Assembly (NCBI GenBank): GCA_046563655.1
Contig: CM102286.1
Coordinates: forward strand, 5,766,001-5,830,000
Direction of reading: 5' to 3'
Source: Yuukianura sp. NJ FZ-2021
Taxonomy: Eukaryota
DNA length: 64,000 nt
Shown here: positions 1 through 11,500 of the stretch, piece by piece
Numbering within the stretch: the first letter of the stretch is position 1
Layout of the letters: every line of letters starts with the position of its first letter
The notes under the pieces: generated by a model
What the model was told of the DNA's origin: nothing
Databases searched by the model: none
What the model saw: only the letters and a program-made list of their open reading frames with translations
Made by a program: the position numbers and the translations under genes

Positions 1-437
1 GGTTGAACACCCCGGCGTTTAACGAAGCTCCGGTGCTTATTAGAGAACGTAACCGTAATTTATTAGAAGTTTTACGGTAAGACTTTTTCTTCTGAGCGAA
101 TTCATAGCGATTGAACCCTGCTTGGAGATGGATGGTCACCTCCCGAAAATTGTTTTGGATAGAGTGGCCAGTGGTCTGAGGACATGGTTACATTCTTGGG
201 TTTAGACCGCTCGATCCCTTAAACGTGAATCCAGTGTATACAAGTACGTTCACAGCTATTCTTTGTAAATTAACTGCCTACAAGAGTTTGGAAATTCGGT
301 GACCTTTCATTATGCAATTCAATTCGTAGGTAATGCTTACAAATGGCAGGTTCTCCTTGAACACCCTTGACCTTGATTTACGCGTAATGTTTCACGTTTC
401 ACTTGCTTTAATAATGTTTAAAAATGCTTTGACTCAC

Positions 438-468
438 CAATGATTGCCAGTCGTAGTTGGTTGGACAT
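438..468 (-). CDS. First coding exon of a gene continuing to the left; N-terminus MSNQLRLAII-G resembles 10-formyltetrahydrofolate dehydrogenase (ALDH1L) 'MKIAVIGQS'
   Basis: ATG at 468, 10 codons + 1 nt, then strong donor GTGAGT (437-432). Upstream acceptor near 555 and candidate 5'UTR donors near 607 and 1049. Only 10 residues are visible, so the identity is tentative. Confidence 0.35.
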
Positions 469-2316
469 TGTAGATTTGACGTGTAATGATTTTTCACTCT
501 TCCAGGATTTGTACGTCGGTACCGATTCTTCGTAAAACCAATGAATGTTTGGCACTAGGGAAGAAAGATTAAAATAAATTATTGTAACGTTAATTTAATA
601 TTCGTACTTGAAGTGTGACTAGAAAAAATACAAAACAAACAATTTTTCTCTTCGTACTAAGCAACGGGTCACTAGCGACACCGAGCAACTAACACTCACT
701 GCATGGACTGACCACTGATCTGGTTCTGGATGGAACTAAAGACTGACAAAACAAGCGAAATTGAAATACCTGTGTATCTGGATTATTGGCAGACTCGTGG
801 AATGACTTCACCGGTAAGAGATCACTTCAGAAATGTGCTTTGTTTTGTGTTGTCAATGTCAAACAGCGTGGTGAGGTGAACCTAGAAAAGTCAAAGAGTA
901 GGGCAGAATGAAGAGGGGAATGAATGAATGAGCGTGTAAAAGTGGGGAATGAATGAACTCGATCCAACTGTTGTCAATGGTTATGGCATCTCCCTGATTC
1001 ATGCCACTTGACTGTACGATGTCCATGATCTTCGGTGTCAGTAAATGAACTTAAGATAATCATGCTTACCTGTTCCAATTAACGTCAATCGTTCTCGCTA
1101 ATGCCGCCAATCTTCCCGTTCCCGTCATCCCACCCCTCTGCCCAACAAATAAACGTGACGTTCCCTGAGAAAGCCTCTCGTCGCCTCGTCCTGTATCTTC
1201 ATCTGCACTGCAAGTGCAACTGCAATCTTCATATTTATATCGCCCGAGAAAACTAACGTAGCAACTCCGATGTCGTACGTCGTACAATTCCTCTATTTAT
1301 TTACAACTGGCCGGAGCCGGAATTGAGTCTAAAAATCGCACAAGAGACGAGGAGAAGGAGAGAGAGATAAGGAGCTTTGATTTTGTTTTCCAGGTTGAAG
1401 TAAACCGGATTTCCATTGCTTGTACTTTTTTGCAGTGTAACCAAACCGATGCTACACCATCAACTGTCCAAAGTCCAAGTCTCATTACTACGTTGAAAGT
1501 TTTTCTCTAGAATTACAAACTTGAAGTGTAACATAAGTTATCTAAAAATCATGCTGCCAAAACATAGGAATTGATATGTTGGAATTAGGTTGCTTTATTT
1601 TCGTTTGAACAATTTACATTTACGGTTTTTTATTCGCCTTGTAATTTTTGTTTAAGCTGATTTCCATTTCTTCAAAATCCTATTCTGCATTCCTGAATTT
1701 TGTATTTCCTTCCATGTGTTTGTTGGTAGTACCACACGAAATCGGTTTTGTGACGGGGCAACTTGTTTGGATAGGATTGGTACAGCCCTTTGCCAAGTTA
1801 CTCCTGGTTTCAAACTCCCTGCAGTAAGTGTGACTCATTCCGTGGTTATCTTTCCGGGTCACATACTTTGACCTCTTCTCAAACCCCTCAGAGCACAAAA
1901 CAATCGTCTTCCCTTCCACTTTTTTCGAAACGGTATTGGACTCTCGTTCGACGGTGTCGTATCTTCGGCAACTTCCGGCTGCATAAAATAAAATATAATA
2001 CGATTTGTAAAACTGAGTTGAGGCAAGACGGAATTCCCTTCCTGGGTTACAACGAGTTAGTTTTCTTCTTAACCCGAAACAATTGTAGCCACAGGAGGTA
2101 ACCACTCAATGTAACCTGTTTACTGTTACATATAGAGGGAACAATGGTGGTTACAAGAGTTACAATTCCGCGTTACCTCAACTCAGACTTGAAAATAGCA
2201 TCACGAATTTCTTGAACAGTTACTTACTGCCCAACCCATCGAAGTTAGTATCGATGGACAGTATAAGTTACTAACCGACAAAAACAATTGGTGGGTTAGG
2301 CAGCAACCGTTAAATG

Positions 2317-2616
2317 TCAGATTTTACCTGGTATTTCTTGTTGAACGGTTATTTGAATAGGACAACTTGGCGGCATTTCAATCGGTGGACAACTAATGGT
2401 CGGTGGAGTAACTACAATTGAACAAGTTGGCTTCGGAAGTGGCGGCGGTGCTGGACATTTGCCAGGTTTAGCTGATGGACTCGGAATATCGAAACACTTC
2501 CACTTAGGCATCGGAATATCGTCGCATCCGTCTGTTTCAGCGCGTTCTTCAGGTTGCTGTCTTCTTTCCGGAATGTAAATGAACGACGTGTGTTTTGCTT
2601 TCTCCAGAGGATTCAT
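2317..2616 (-). CDS. Small Pro/Cys-rich protein of unknown function (99 aa)
   Basis: ORF with biased composition (KCPAPPPLPKPTC, ISCPPIEMPPSCP). A 56-nt GT..AG intron (2680-2625) lies just upstream of the ATG, consistent with a spliced 5'UTR. Confidence 0.55.
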   Translation of the reverse strand: MNPLEKAKHTSFIYIPERRQQPEERAETDGCDDIPMPKWKCFDIPSPSAKPGKCPAPPPLPKPTCSIVVTPPTISCPPIEMPPSCPIQITVQQEIPGKI

Positions 2617-3582
2617 CTGGCTTCCTGTAACAATTAATCAAAAATTAAAAAGGTAGTTAGTAGATGCTTTGGCTATATACTTAATGTGTATTGTAAGGTC
2701 AAGCACAAAAGACTAACGGAGAGTCCTGTTCCTAGGCGGCTTTATTAGTCAAAAAATGTTTCAAGGATTTAGCTTTTATCTGAACTCGATGCCGGAAAAG
2801 TTTTGAAAATTGTTAACTTTCGTTCTAGTTAACTGTAAAATTTATAGCATTATGAGTAAAAACTAATGTTGACAAAAGGGCGGGGTCCGGGGTCGTAATA
2901 ATCTAGAACTTAAACTCAATTTTAATGTAACAACTCATACAATGTCCGCTCCAAATCTGATTGCAGCAACGATTGTTACGTGGACATCACGACTCTCGGA
3001 ATCATTAAAAATTATCATCATGAATTTAACGTTAGCTAACATTTTAAACGTTTTAGTAGTTTTCAGCGTCGTTTACTGCCGGAAATTGCTTTTTCTTACC
3101 ATCTAGCGGCAGAATGGAGCAAAATACTGCGATTGCTTTGTTTGCCGCTAAATTCAAATTCAAATGTCGTGAAGTTAAACTTTTTATTTCTACAACTGAC
3201 ACAAAAACAAACACTAATACGCAATTGGGCATTTATTTCTGGAAACCTCTTCTATTTTTTAAAAATATTACCTTCAAATTTTAAAAATACGATATAAAAT
3301 GTTCAGAAATAAAGTTCTTTCCTTCCATATTTTCGTTTCAAATCCAAAAAATTCTTATTCCAAGAAAGAGTTTTGTTATACATTTGCCCGGCTTTGAGGC
3401 ATGGTATGGATGTGCCGTTGGTAGAACTTCTACCAACCTAATAAATTCGAGGAAAATTTTAATCGCCGAGAAAGTACAGCTGATCTTGTTCACTTTTTGG
3501 GTTTTTGGATGAATTTGTAGTAATCAATCGGTTACGTTAACAAAGTACTGTTAGGACGAGAAACTAAATTCATTCAGTCATC

Positions 3583-4322
3583 ATGAACGTCATCCCAAGG
3601 ATCCAAAAGTCTCTGTACGTCAACCTGAGAAGGAACATTGGATTTTCGGCCATTGTTGCTCAGAAAGGCCAGGCAACGGACTCTGTTCAGAAATTGTTCA
3701 TCCAAATGCTTAAGGAGTACGATCAAAAAGCAAAGTAAGTCAAATCGGTTAATTATCAATCCGGCATACTCAATGTAGCGTGAACCTTGGGATTGGGAAT
3801 TTTGAATCACGAATTGTGATTTGTGATTCGTGATTCACTCACGATCACGGACCGGCAAGGCAACGGCATTCACGGTCACGGTAACCCGCTTAAGCTATAT
3901 AACCTACTGGACTCGTAAATGTTCGGAGCTAACTGAGTTGTAGAATTGTCAGTTTCTGTATTCGTAGGTTAGTTTAACTTATGAATCATAAGTATGTAAG
4001 ATAAGTATGTAACCTTTCAAAGCATTTTCTAAATACGATTTACTTTTTCAGAGCATCTCCTGGGAAATTGGTCGATGCCTCTCCAGAAATCGAGAAAGAA
4101 TTAAGGCAAGAACTCGAACGAATCACAAGGATGTACGGTGGAAAGCCCGGCGAGGATATGACAAAATTCCCAACGTTTGAATTTAAAGGTATACATTCTT
4201 AATCAACCTAACAATGCACCAGCACCTAGTTGAATAGTTTTCTTGTCAATTTTTAATTCAACGTTTATGAATGTGTTCTATTTGTAGATCCAGCCTTTGA
4301 TTCAATCAATTTGGGCCAATAA
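3583..4322 (+). CDS. ATP5PF: ATP synthase coupling factor 6 (subunit F6), mitochondrial; exons 3583-3734, 4052-4188, 4288-4322
   Basis: Spliced translation MNVIPRIQKSLYVNLRRNIGFSAIVAQKGQATDSVQKLFIQMLKEYDQKAK-ASPGKLVDASPEIEKELRQELERITRMYGGKPGEDMTKFPTFEFK-DPAFDSINLGQ*. Contains F6 hallmarks RRNIG, D.VQKLF..K.Y, DMTKFPTFEF.DP. Canonical phase-compatible introns. Missed by the ORF track. Confidence 0.95.
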
Positions 4323-5360
4323 GTCAGTCAAGCTTCATATAAACTCGCTCAGTCATCAACAGAGCTCTTCTGGCAAGCAAGCAAGCGTAGGAAAAGCTTG
4401 CGATCTTTAAAAATTCAAACATCCTGAGTAGTTACAACTTAACACGTAAAATGATGTCAAATATTGCTAATCAATTAGTATATTAAACGCCAATAAACAG
4501 TATACCGGCATCCGATGAAACCAATTCGTTTCCGATTTTTGGTTTCATTATTTAGAAACAAGAAAAAGTTAAACCTTAACATACGACGTTTAGGTACTGT
4601 AGAATTACGGCATTTTTTTTATACTTTTTCTGCGCTGTTCTTCGTTTTGTTTTTGGCTCAAAATACGCAAACTCTTTGACCCGAAAACGTTATCGGTACC
4701 ATCTCCAACTGTTAGGCGAAACATACCTATACTCGGGGTTTTCGACTTCGGACACAACGTCAAATCGTTTATGATAAATGTTTGATATCATGCCTCATCA
4801 ATGTCTTTTCGAGTTTCGAATTACTCTTATTCACGACACAACCGGAAAACTAAATTCTGGAGCCCATTTTTATTCAGAATATGGGTCCGTATTTTCCACG
4901 GCATTCCACATTTAGCAATATGTTGCTTACATTCAGCATTTTACGTTTACTACGCCTCCTCTAATGTTAAAATAAATTTTGGGTCCGAAATGTCACACAC
5001 AATGTCACTTTCGGGTGGGAGGCCGACTGTGTCCAATGAGATGGTCGAGCATTAGGCTAATCTTAAATTCGCCGTCGATACAACATATACACTGGAGCAC
5101 AGTATCATGCAAGGCCATAACGTGAATAACACGGAACCTGTAAATTATGGTCGATTCGAAACGTGTAACTCCATTTTTGTCTTTTATTTTACATTTTGTT
5201 CTGCATTTTTTGATAAATTGTGTTTGATAAAAAGTAGACTTTTGTTTTCTTTGTGGTTTTGTGTGGGCGTTGTAGCCTGAACCCGTTTGTTGCCGGTGGT
5301 TTGGAATATAGTTGCTTACGAGTTCAGTCGAGCGGAGCAATTGTTTTTTCATCTTGTCAT

Positions 5361-5522
5361 TTAATTAGGCTCAGAAGTTATCGTGATATCACGGCATCTA
5401 AATCCAGTTTTGCAAGGAAGGAATAATAATGAAGCAGCTCTTCGCATCTTCCAAACGAGGTGGGTGAGATCCCTAACACTTTTTGGACTTGGACAGAAAT
5501 TGGATACATCTTCGTCCGACAT
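5361..5522 (-). CDS. Candidate small ORF (53 aa) on a spliced transcript
   Basis: MSDEDVSNFCPSPKSVRDLTHLVWKMRRAASLLFLPCKTGFRCRDITITSEPN*. Preceded by acceptor cttttgcttAG (~5560) and donor GTAAG (5736-5732). Confidence 0.3.
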   Translation of the reverse strand: MSDEDVSNFCPSPKSVRDLTHLVWKMRRAASLLFLPCKTGFRCRDITITSEPN

Positions 5523-8500
5523 GTCAGCCCAGCTCAGCAGCTTCCTCTAATTCCAAAACCTAAGCAAAAGAAGTTTTTACGAGTGACTAAAACACTATAA
5601 GCCATCAACAGCAAAAAATCGTCAGGAAATTACTAAGGACCTGCTGAGTCCTTCGACAAGCTGCGAAGGCAAAGGTCATTGTTCTCCAGAAGCCAGAAAC
5701 GAACATATATCATTCCATTTTTATTTATTTTCTTACTCTTGCAATTACAAAGTCAGTGTTATCACCTTCTCCGTTGCTGCTTTAAATTTTTAACCACTTA
5801 AAATGTTCTGCACTTATCAACATTTTGGTCTCTTTTGAGTAACTTTTGAGGTAGTTTTAATCGTATGCGTCTGTAGACAATTCCTTGTCTTCTGCTTCTC
5901 AAACGTTAACTGGTCGTGGACAAGTAACGCGTGGTCACTTTGGTCATCACTGTCAAACTACGTTTTAAAAGTCATGAATCTTAAAGTCAATAAAAAACAA
6001 GATATTGCGGAATCTTCATTCTTGGTCATTTGCATTTATCACTCAATTTTGAAAACTTTGTCGAAGGAAGTTGACTTTCCAAGATTAGTCATTTGAGTTC
6101 ATGTTAGTGGAGTGTCAGAGTGTCACGTTATGATAATGGCATTAATAGTAATGTTGGCAGAATCTAACGTTGGTAAAGTTGGTAGAACTTCTGTGGTAGG
6201 TATTGACAAATTTGGAAAGGTCAGAGGTCAAAGGTCAAAGGTGCCATGAAATTTAGTGCAGCAGTACAGTATGTGTATTACATCATCACATTCACATGTG
6301 AATTATTAAAGCAAAACTTAAAGGAAATTTCGTTTTATGCATATTTTCACTTAAATGCTGCATTTCGAAAATTACAATTTCGAAATTATTTCGCTATGGT
6401 TGTTTTTTTTTTCAAGACTATTTTAGTGTATTCAACACTAGATGGTGAAACTGTCTAGGATTTCAAAATAAAAAAAATCGGAGAATTTGTGTTGAGTCGT
6501 TTTCAGAATTCGTCAGTGTCGTATTCATATCACAAGCGTCACTAAACCGGCTGTTGGCGTATTCTCTTCTGGTAGTCAATGTCAATCCTTAGAAGAAAAA
6601 TCACATTCGTAACTTTGTGGCTTTGGTTTCCGGCTCTGTGTGAATTGAAAACGTTAACAAAAGTCATTTATTTCTTTGAACTCCAATTTTTTTAAGGTTT
6701 TACATTCTCAAGACCGCGTGGTTACGGCAAGAAGTGCCAACTGATGACGCACGGTTTACGCAAAATGTTGATTTTGGCTGATGATGCTTTGACGTTTTGT
6801 CATGTTGGTTTAGGAAGAAGAAGAAGACTACTGGATTCTAATTAACACTTGCGTGTAATAACGTATTAGCATTTTCAAATATGCTTTTTGTATACTAAAG
6901 ATCCATCAAAAATGGAAATTTTCGCCTGTCATCAAACACCTCTTGGTCATGTTCAAACTGCTTCTGGAGTTACTTCCAATTTCAACTTACTGCAAAAGTT
7001 GCAGTAGCTGGAGCTAGCAAACCGGGAGATGAGGGCTTAAATTGCCTTTAGGAAAAGTAGAAATCGTGATTATTGTTTTTTTTTATTGCTTTTAGCATGG
7101 TGACTTAAGAATAAATCATGTTCGTTCCCTTAAGGTGAGAGTAATCGCATGTTGTGAGGACTTGAAGTCTGTTCTGGTAGCACTGAAACTGAATAAGGCT
7201 CCCCTCCCACATCATTTCTTATTTAAATTACCCTGGAGAAAAGGGGGCGGGGGAGCCTTTTCTGCTTGTTTGAAAAAGGCTCCCTACCCCTTTGCAGCTT
7301 CTTACTATTTTTTGTAGGTTCGAAAGGATAATAAGGGCTCCAGAGTAGTTTTTGTTGGACGAAACCATTGTTATTTGGATGCAAAGATGCAACAATCAGC
7401 TAAGCCAAGCAAAAAAAGTTTTGAAATGATCTGAGAAGGCGTAAAGTGAAAGTGCGTCTGTCTTTTTAAAAGATCTTTTTATCCCTGTTTTTTCTTCTAG
7501 ACAAAACAGAAATGGAAGACGAGCGTGAGTGGAGGGAAGATTCAAATGGGAGGCTTCATTCATTTTGTATTCTGTCCAGGAGAGCAAAGCGTCTTCTTGG
7601 ACAAGACCAGAACCAAATGATGCAAAGGGCTATAATTCATTCAAGGTCTTTTGTGCCAAGTACCCGGGCAAAAAAGCCCTTGCTTTCTCGCCTTGAGCCT
7701 TTAACTAGCAACTATCATCGTATCTTCTGAAGCAGCTTCTTTCGTCCAGACACTTTTAAAGTAGCTTCCATGGACATCCCTTCAAGTAGAATGATGATTA
7801 GGGGTCCTTAACATTGCACTTAAGGCGATCTTGACAATCAAGGTCACATGCAAAGGAGCTGCAACGACTTGGCTTTGGCACCAAGGGGCTGGATGATAGT
7901 CAAACGTTAGCTGGAGTGTGCCTTTGCATTGACAGATCAGCTCCATGCAAGGTGCAAACTGAAGTTGCAAGATGTTTGCTAACTTAACCCAACACTTTTA
8001 GCAATGTTTAAGAGTTATTGTTAGGAAAAGTAGTAAACTAAGAAAAGCATTGTTGGGCGGACAGGTGAGTTTGGAGATGTAATTGTTGATGTTGGATTTT
8101 GACATGCTAATTGCTAATGACTCCGAATTCACGGACTGTTTAACAATGCATTAACAATTTACTAAAAGTGTTTTTGCTATAAAATGCCAATTTTTGCAAA
8201 AACAAGCTAAAGACCACACACAGACAATTTCCTTTTTTAGTGTGAGATTCATTGACCTAACAGCCAATGCTACTGCAAATGGAGTTGTGTTGATTTGAAT
8301 TTTCAGTAATGCTGAAGGATTAAGTCTATTTTCCATTTCAGTTGAGCAAGAACTTAAGATGTCCTGAAAGTCTAATAGGGAATTTTTCATAATCCGAATT
8401 AAGAAATGGAATTTAAATTCAAAAATTTTTCTCCAGTAGCCATTCAATTCTGTTTACATTTGGAAATCCAATCCAATTCATTTGAAAACTGAATTTTTGA

Positions 8501-11500
8501 AAGACAATTTTTACTGAGACACAAGTTTTTACGTGAATTTGGATTTTAGGCCAGACTAGACTGAAACCAGAAATAAAATTAAAGATAAAAATGAATTAGA
8601 ACTTTTAACTTGAAATTTATATTTCAAGTTAATGCCAAATCCTTGGAAAAGCCAGTAGCTTTTTCCAAGGATTTGGGCGGGAGACAAGCCACGGCTGAGA
8701 TTTGCTGTAAAGATTTTTTTGGTTGAGTCGGTGCAGCGAGGGAGGGGGTTGAAATGATGCTTTTAGATTTCATCCCCCTGGTGCGGTGGTTGAAGATGAA
8801 CAAAGAGGAAGTCTCTGTGTTTCTTCCCTGCAAAGTGTCCAAGTTGAAGTTGATGGGGACTTAAGGGCCTGTTCCCTTCGTCACCCTTCCAGTCTGATCT
8901 GTTCCTAGGCTTCCATGTTATAAAAACCGAAGTTTTGATCCTTACCATCTTTCCCAAAGTGTACAAAAGACAAAAACTAAAGTTTACAAATGGCGAGGAC
9001 TTGGCTGGTGGTGGTGGAAATTGAACGTTGGCTGACAGGATGTGAGGCAACATCCTCGTCCACATGCAGGGATGATGCTTCAGAACTTCCATCGTTTTTT
9101 GTCCAGTTTCATCTTCATCTGCTCTCCTTCACTCCCGAATGTTTATATGCACTAGAAATGTTGTTATTATTAGAAGGCAACGTTTATTATAGTAGTCGAA
9201 CGATGCCAAGCCTACGGCTGAGACATACGGAACAGAGGGCACCATGTCAATCTGGATCCAGGAAGAACCAGGCGTCTTCTTTAAACTTTGTTTTTTCGAT
9301 GAAGTGTACCTCATGTGTTCACTTTACGTTTTACAGCTAACCCCCCGTACCCCTTCCACATCCGAAGAACATGTTTAACGTTTAGAAAAACTTTTAGGAG
9401 CGTCTTTTGGAACAAACCTTGAAGAGATCCTTGTTTCCTTGGCTATTTTTGCGATGGAGCGAGTCAAAGACGCGCCAAAGAGGCAATCTCGGATGCGTCA
9501 TGGCAGTTTCTTTTAGAGAGTTTTGGTCAAAGGGAACAAAGGATGGGTTTCTTCCAGAAAACGATAAATGAAATCTTTTGTCATTTTGAGTAAAGATGCG
9601 TTTTTGGAAGTAGGGATGCTGGGTACTTGCACTGGCTTAAAAGGAAGGTCAATGTGTGAATAATTGACCCAGGGAAGGGGCTGGGACTCACTTGTTCATA
9701 CTTGGCATGGGAAAAATAGCAGGTTTCCCTTGAATGTCTAAAATGAAAAACTTCCCAAAAAGCACATTTTCAAAAAAAGGCTTTTGAACAGAAGATTTTC
9801 TTTTCTTTGGTTTTGAAAAGTGAAAAGGTTCACTTAGCAGGTTAGGAGCAGATGCGTTTTCAAAATTCCCGCATTTTTTTTTACGGTTTCGGGCATAATA
9901 TGGCTGCCAAATTTTTCAGATCTTTCAACCTAAATTGTCTTTTCGGTTTGATTTCTATGAATTTTATTACACAAATTCAACTCCTATAAATTTTTTGAAA
10001 AGTTGAATGAACGCGCAAATTTTTTGAAAAGTAAGGAATTCACACGTTCCCAGAAACGCTGGCTCTAAAATTCAGCTTTTTACATGTCTGTGGTATGTAA
10101 TGTATGTATGTACGCAGCATTTTTTGGGTAGCAAAGTAACTACGTAGCTCAAGTTACTAAATTGTTAAACTTTTTCGTTAATTAACTTGTAAAGTTTTAC
10201 AATGTCGCCAGTTCAAAATTTGATTTTGATTCATGGTTGACAGAGATTGTAAATTTTGTTGCTCGTACACATGTTTATGGCATGCAGTATTTAGTGATTT
10301 GTTGGCATTCGGCGCTCGCTGATGAATATTATGTCAGAAGCAGGATATTTTTTATCTGTTGATCCACAAATTATGGATCACAATCCACATGGCTCAGGTC
10401 AATTTGCTTTTTTGTTCCATTTTTTTGTGGAAGTGGATTTGATTTGGCTTTGTTTTTATTTACCACGGTAAGTTATGGACACGACTCCGTAAAGACCAAA
10501 AAGCTCCCCGGAGTGATTTTGTACATGTGAAGTGGTCCTTTAGGGTTGGAGGGAGCAGGTTTTGAAAAGTTAGGTTGGTTTAGCCTATTCGGAAACTGTA
10601 AATTATGACCCGTTGCCTCCTGAACTGAACAACTACACAATAACACAATGCTCACTCAAAAGTGGTCCTTTGACCCCGTTCGAAAGGTCAAGCCAAATGT
10701 CTCTCAGGTGTACTGACTCGGCGCTAATTTTCAAAACATGACTCATCCCATGGCTGCCATGACCTCTGACCTGGAAAACACAACTCTCCAGAACAAATTT
10801 GCTACTTGCTGTCGTGATTAGTAAATTTGGCGGGAAACTTTCTGACCTCGAGAGGTCAACATATAAGATTAGGGTACCAGACATGTTGCAATCATACAGA
10901 TATGTTTTAAACGTTTCTGTTTTTTCGTTGTTACTGCGTAGTACAAATCTTAACTTTAGATAAAACGAAAACAAACGCAGACTTAAGATAAGTGAAAAGA
11001 ACGAGAGAATGTCACTTGCATCAAAGTAGAAAGTTTGTTTACATTTCAGATTTTAGTTTTTTTTTTTTCGTTTTTCATAGTATTTTGTACGCTTCCTGGA
11101 TTGCTTGTCTCGTCTATGTTCTGTCTGATTGAGCATGACGAGTCAACTAACTTTACTAAAGCGGTGCCCTTTTAGTTCAAATGCATTGTACTCTACATCA
11201 TTTTCATCGCCTAACCTTGACCTTGACTCTCTCTCACCCCGTGCACTATTATCGCCAGTACTCACCTAATACGTGCGAATTTTGTGGTTTACTGAAAATG
11301 CAATGTGGTTGTGAACCAAAATCTATTAACGTCCTTATCAATGAGGGGGTTTGGTCCAGACCGAAAGCATTTTTATAACTTTTATTTAGGAGATCTCGCT
11401 TTTATCTTTTTTACGTTTTGCCGATAAATGGATTTCACTTTGTATGAAATTTAGTCAAGGTTACTAGATATTATAAAGGCATATAGCATATGAAACCAAA

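Noticed and set aside
3099..3110. CTCF-like motif CCATCTAGCGGC between divergent genes
   Set aside because: A partial match to a degenerate motif; cannot be supported without ChIP or conservation data.
3803..3837. Perfect 12-bp hairpin TGAATCACGAAT / ATTCGTGATTCA in ATP5PF intron 1
   Set aside because: Too short for a pre-miRNA and embedded in TCACG/GTGA low-complexity repeats; likely a repeat relic.
7000..11400. Numerous 60-116 aa ORFs upstream of HBP1
   Set aside because: Intron-like composition, mostly non-ATG starts, and no coherent exon chain.
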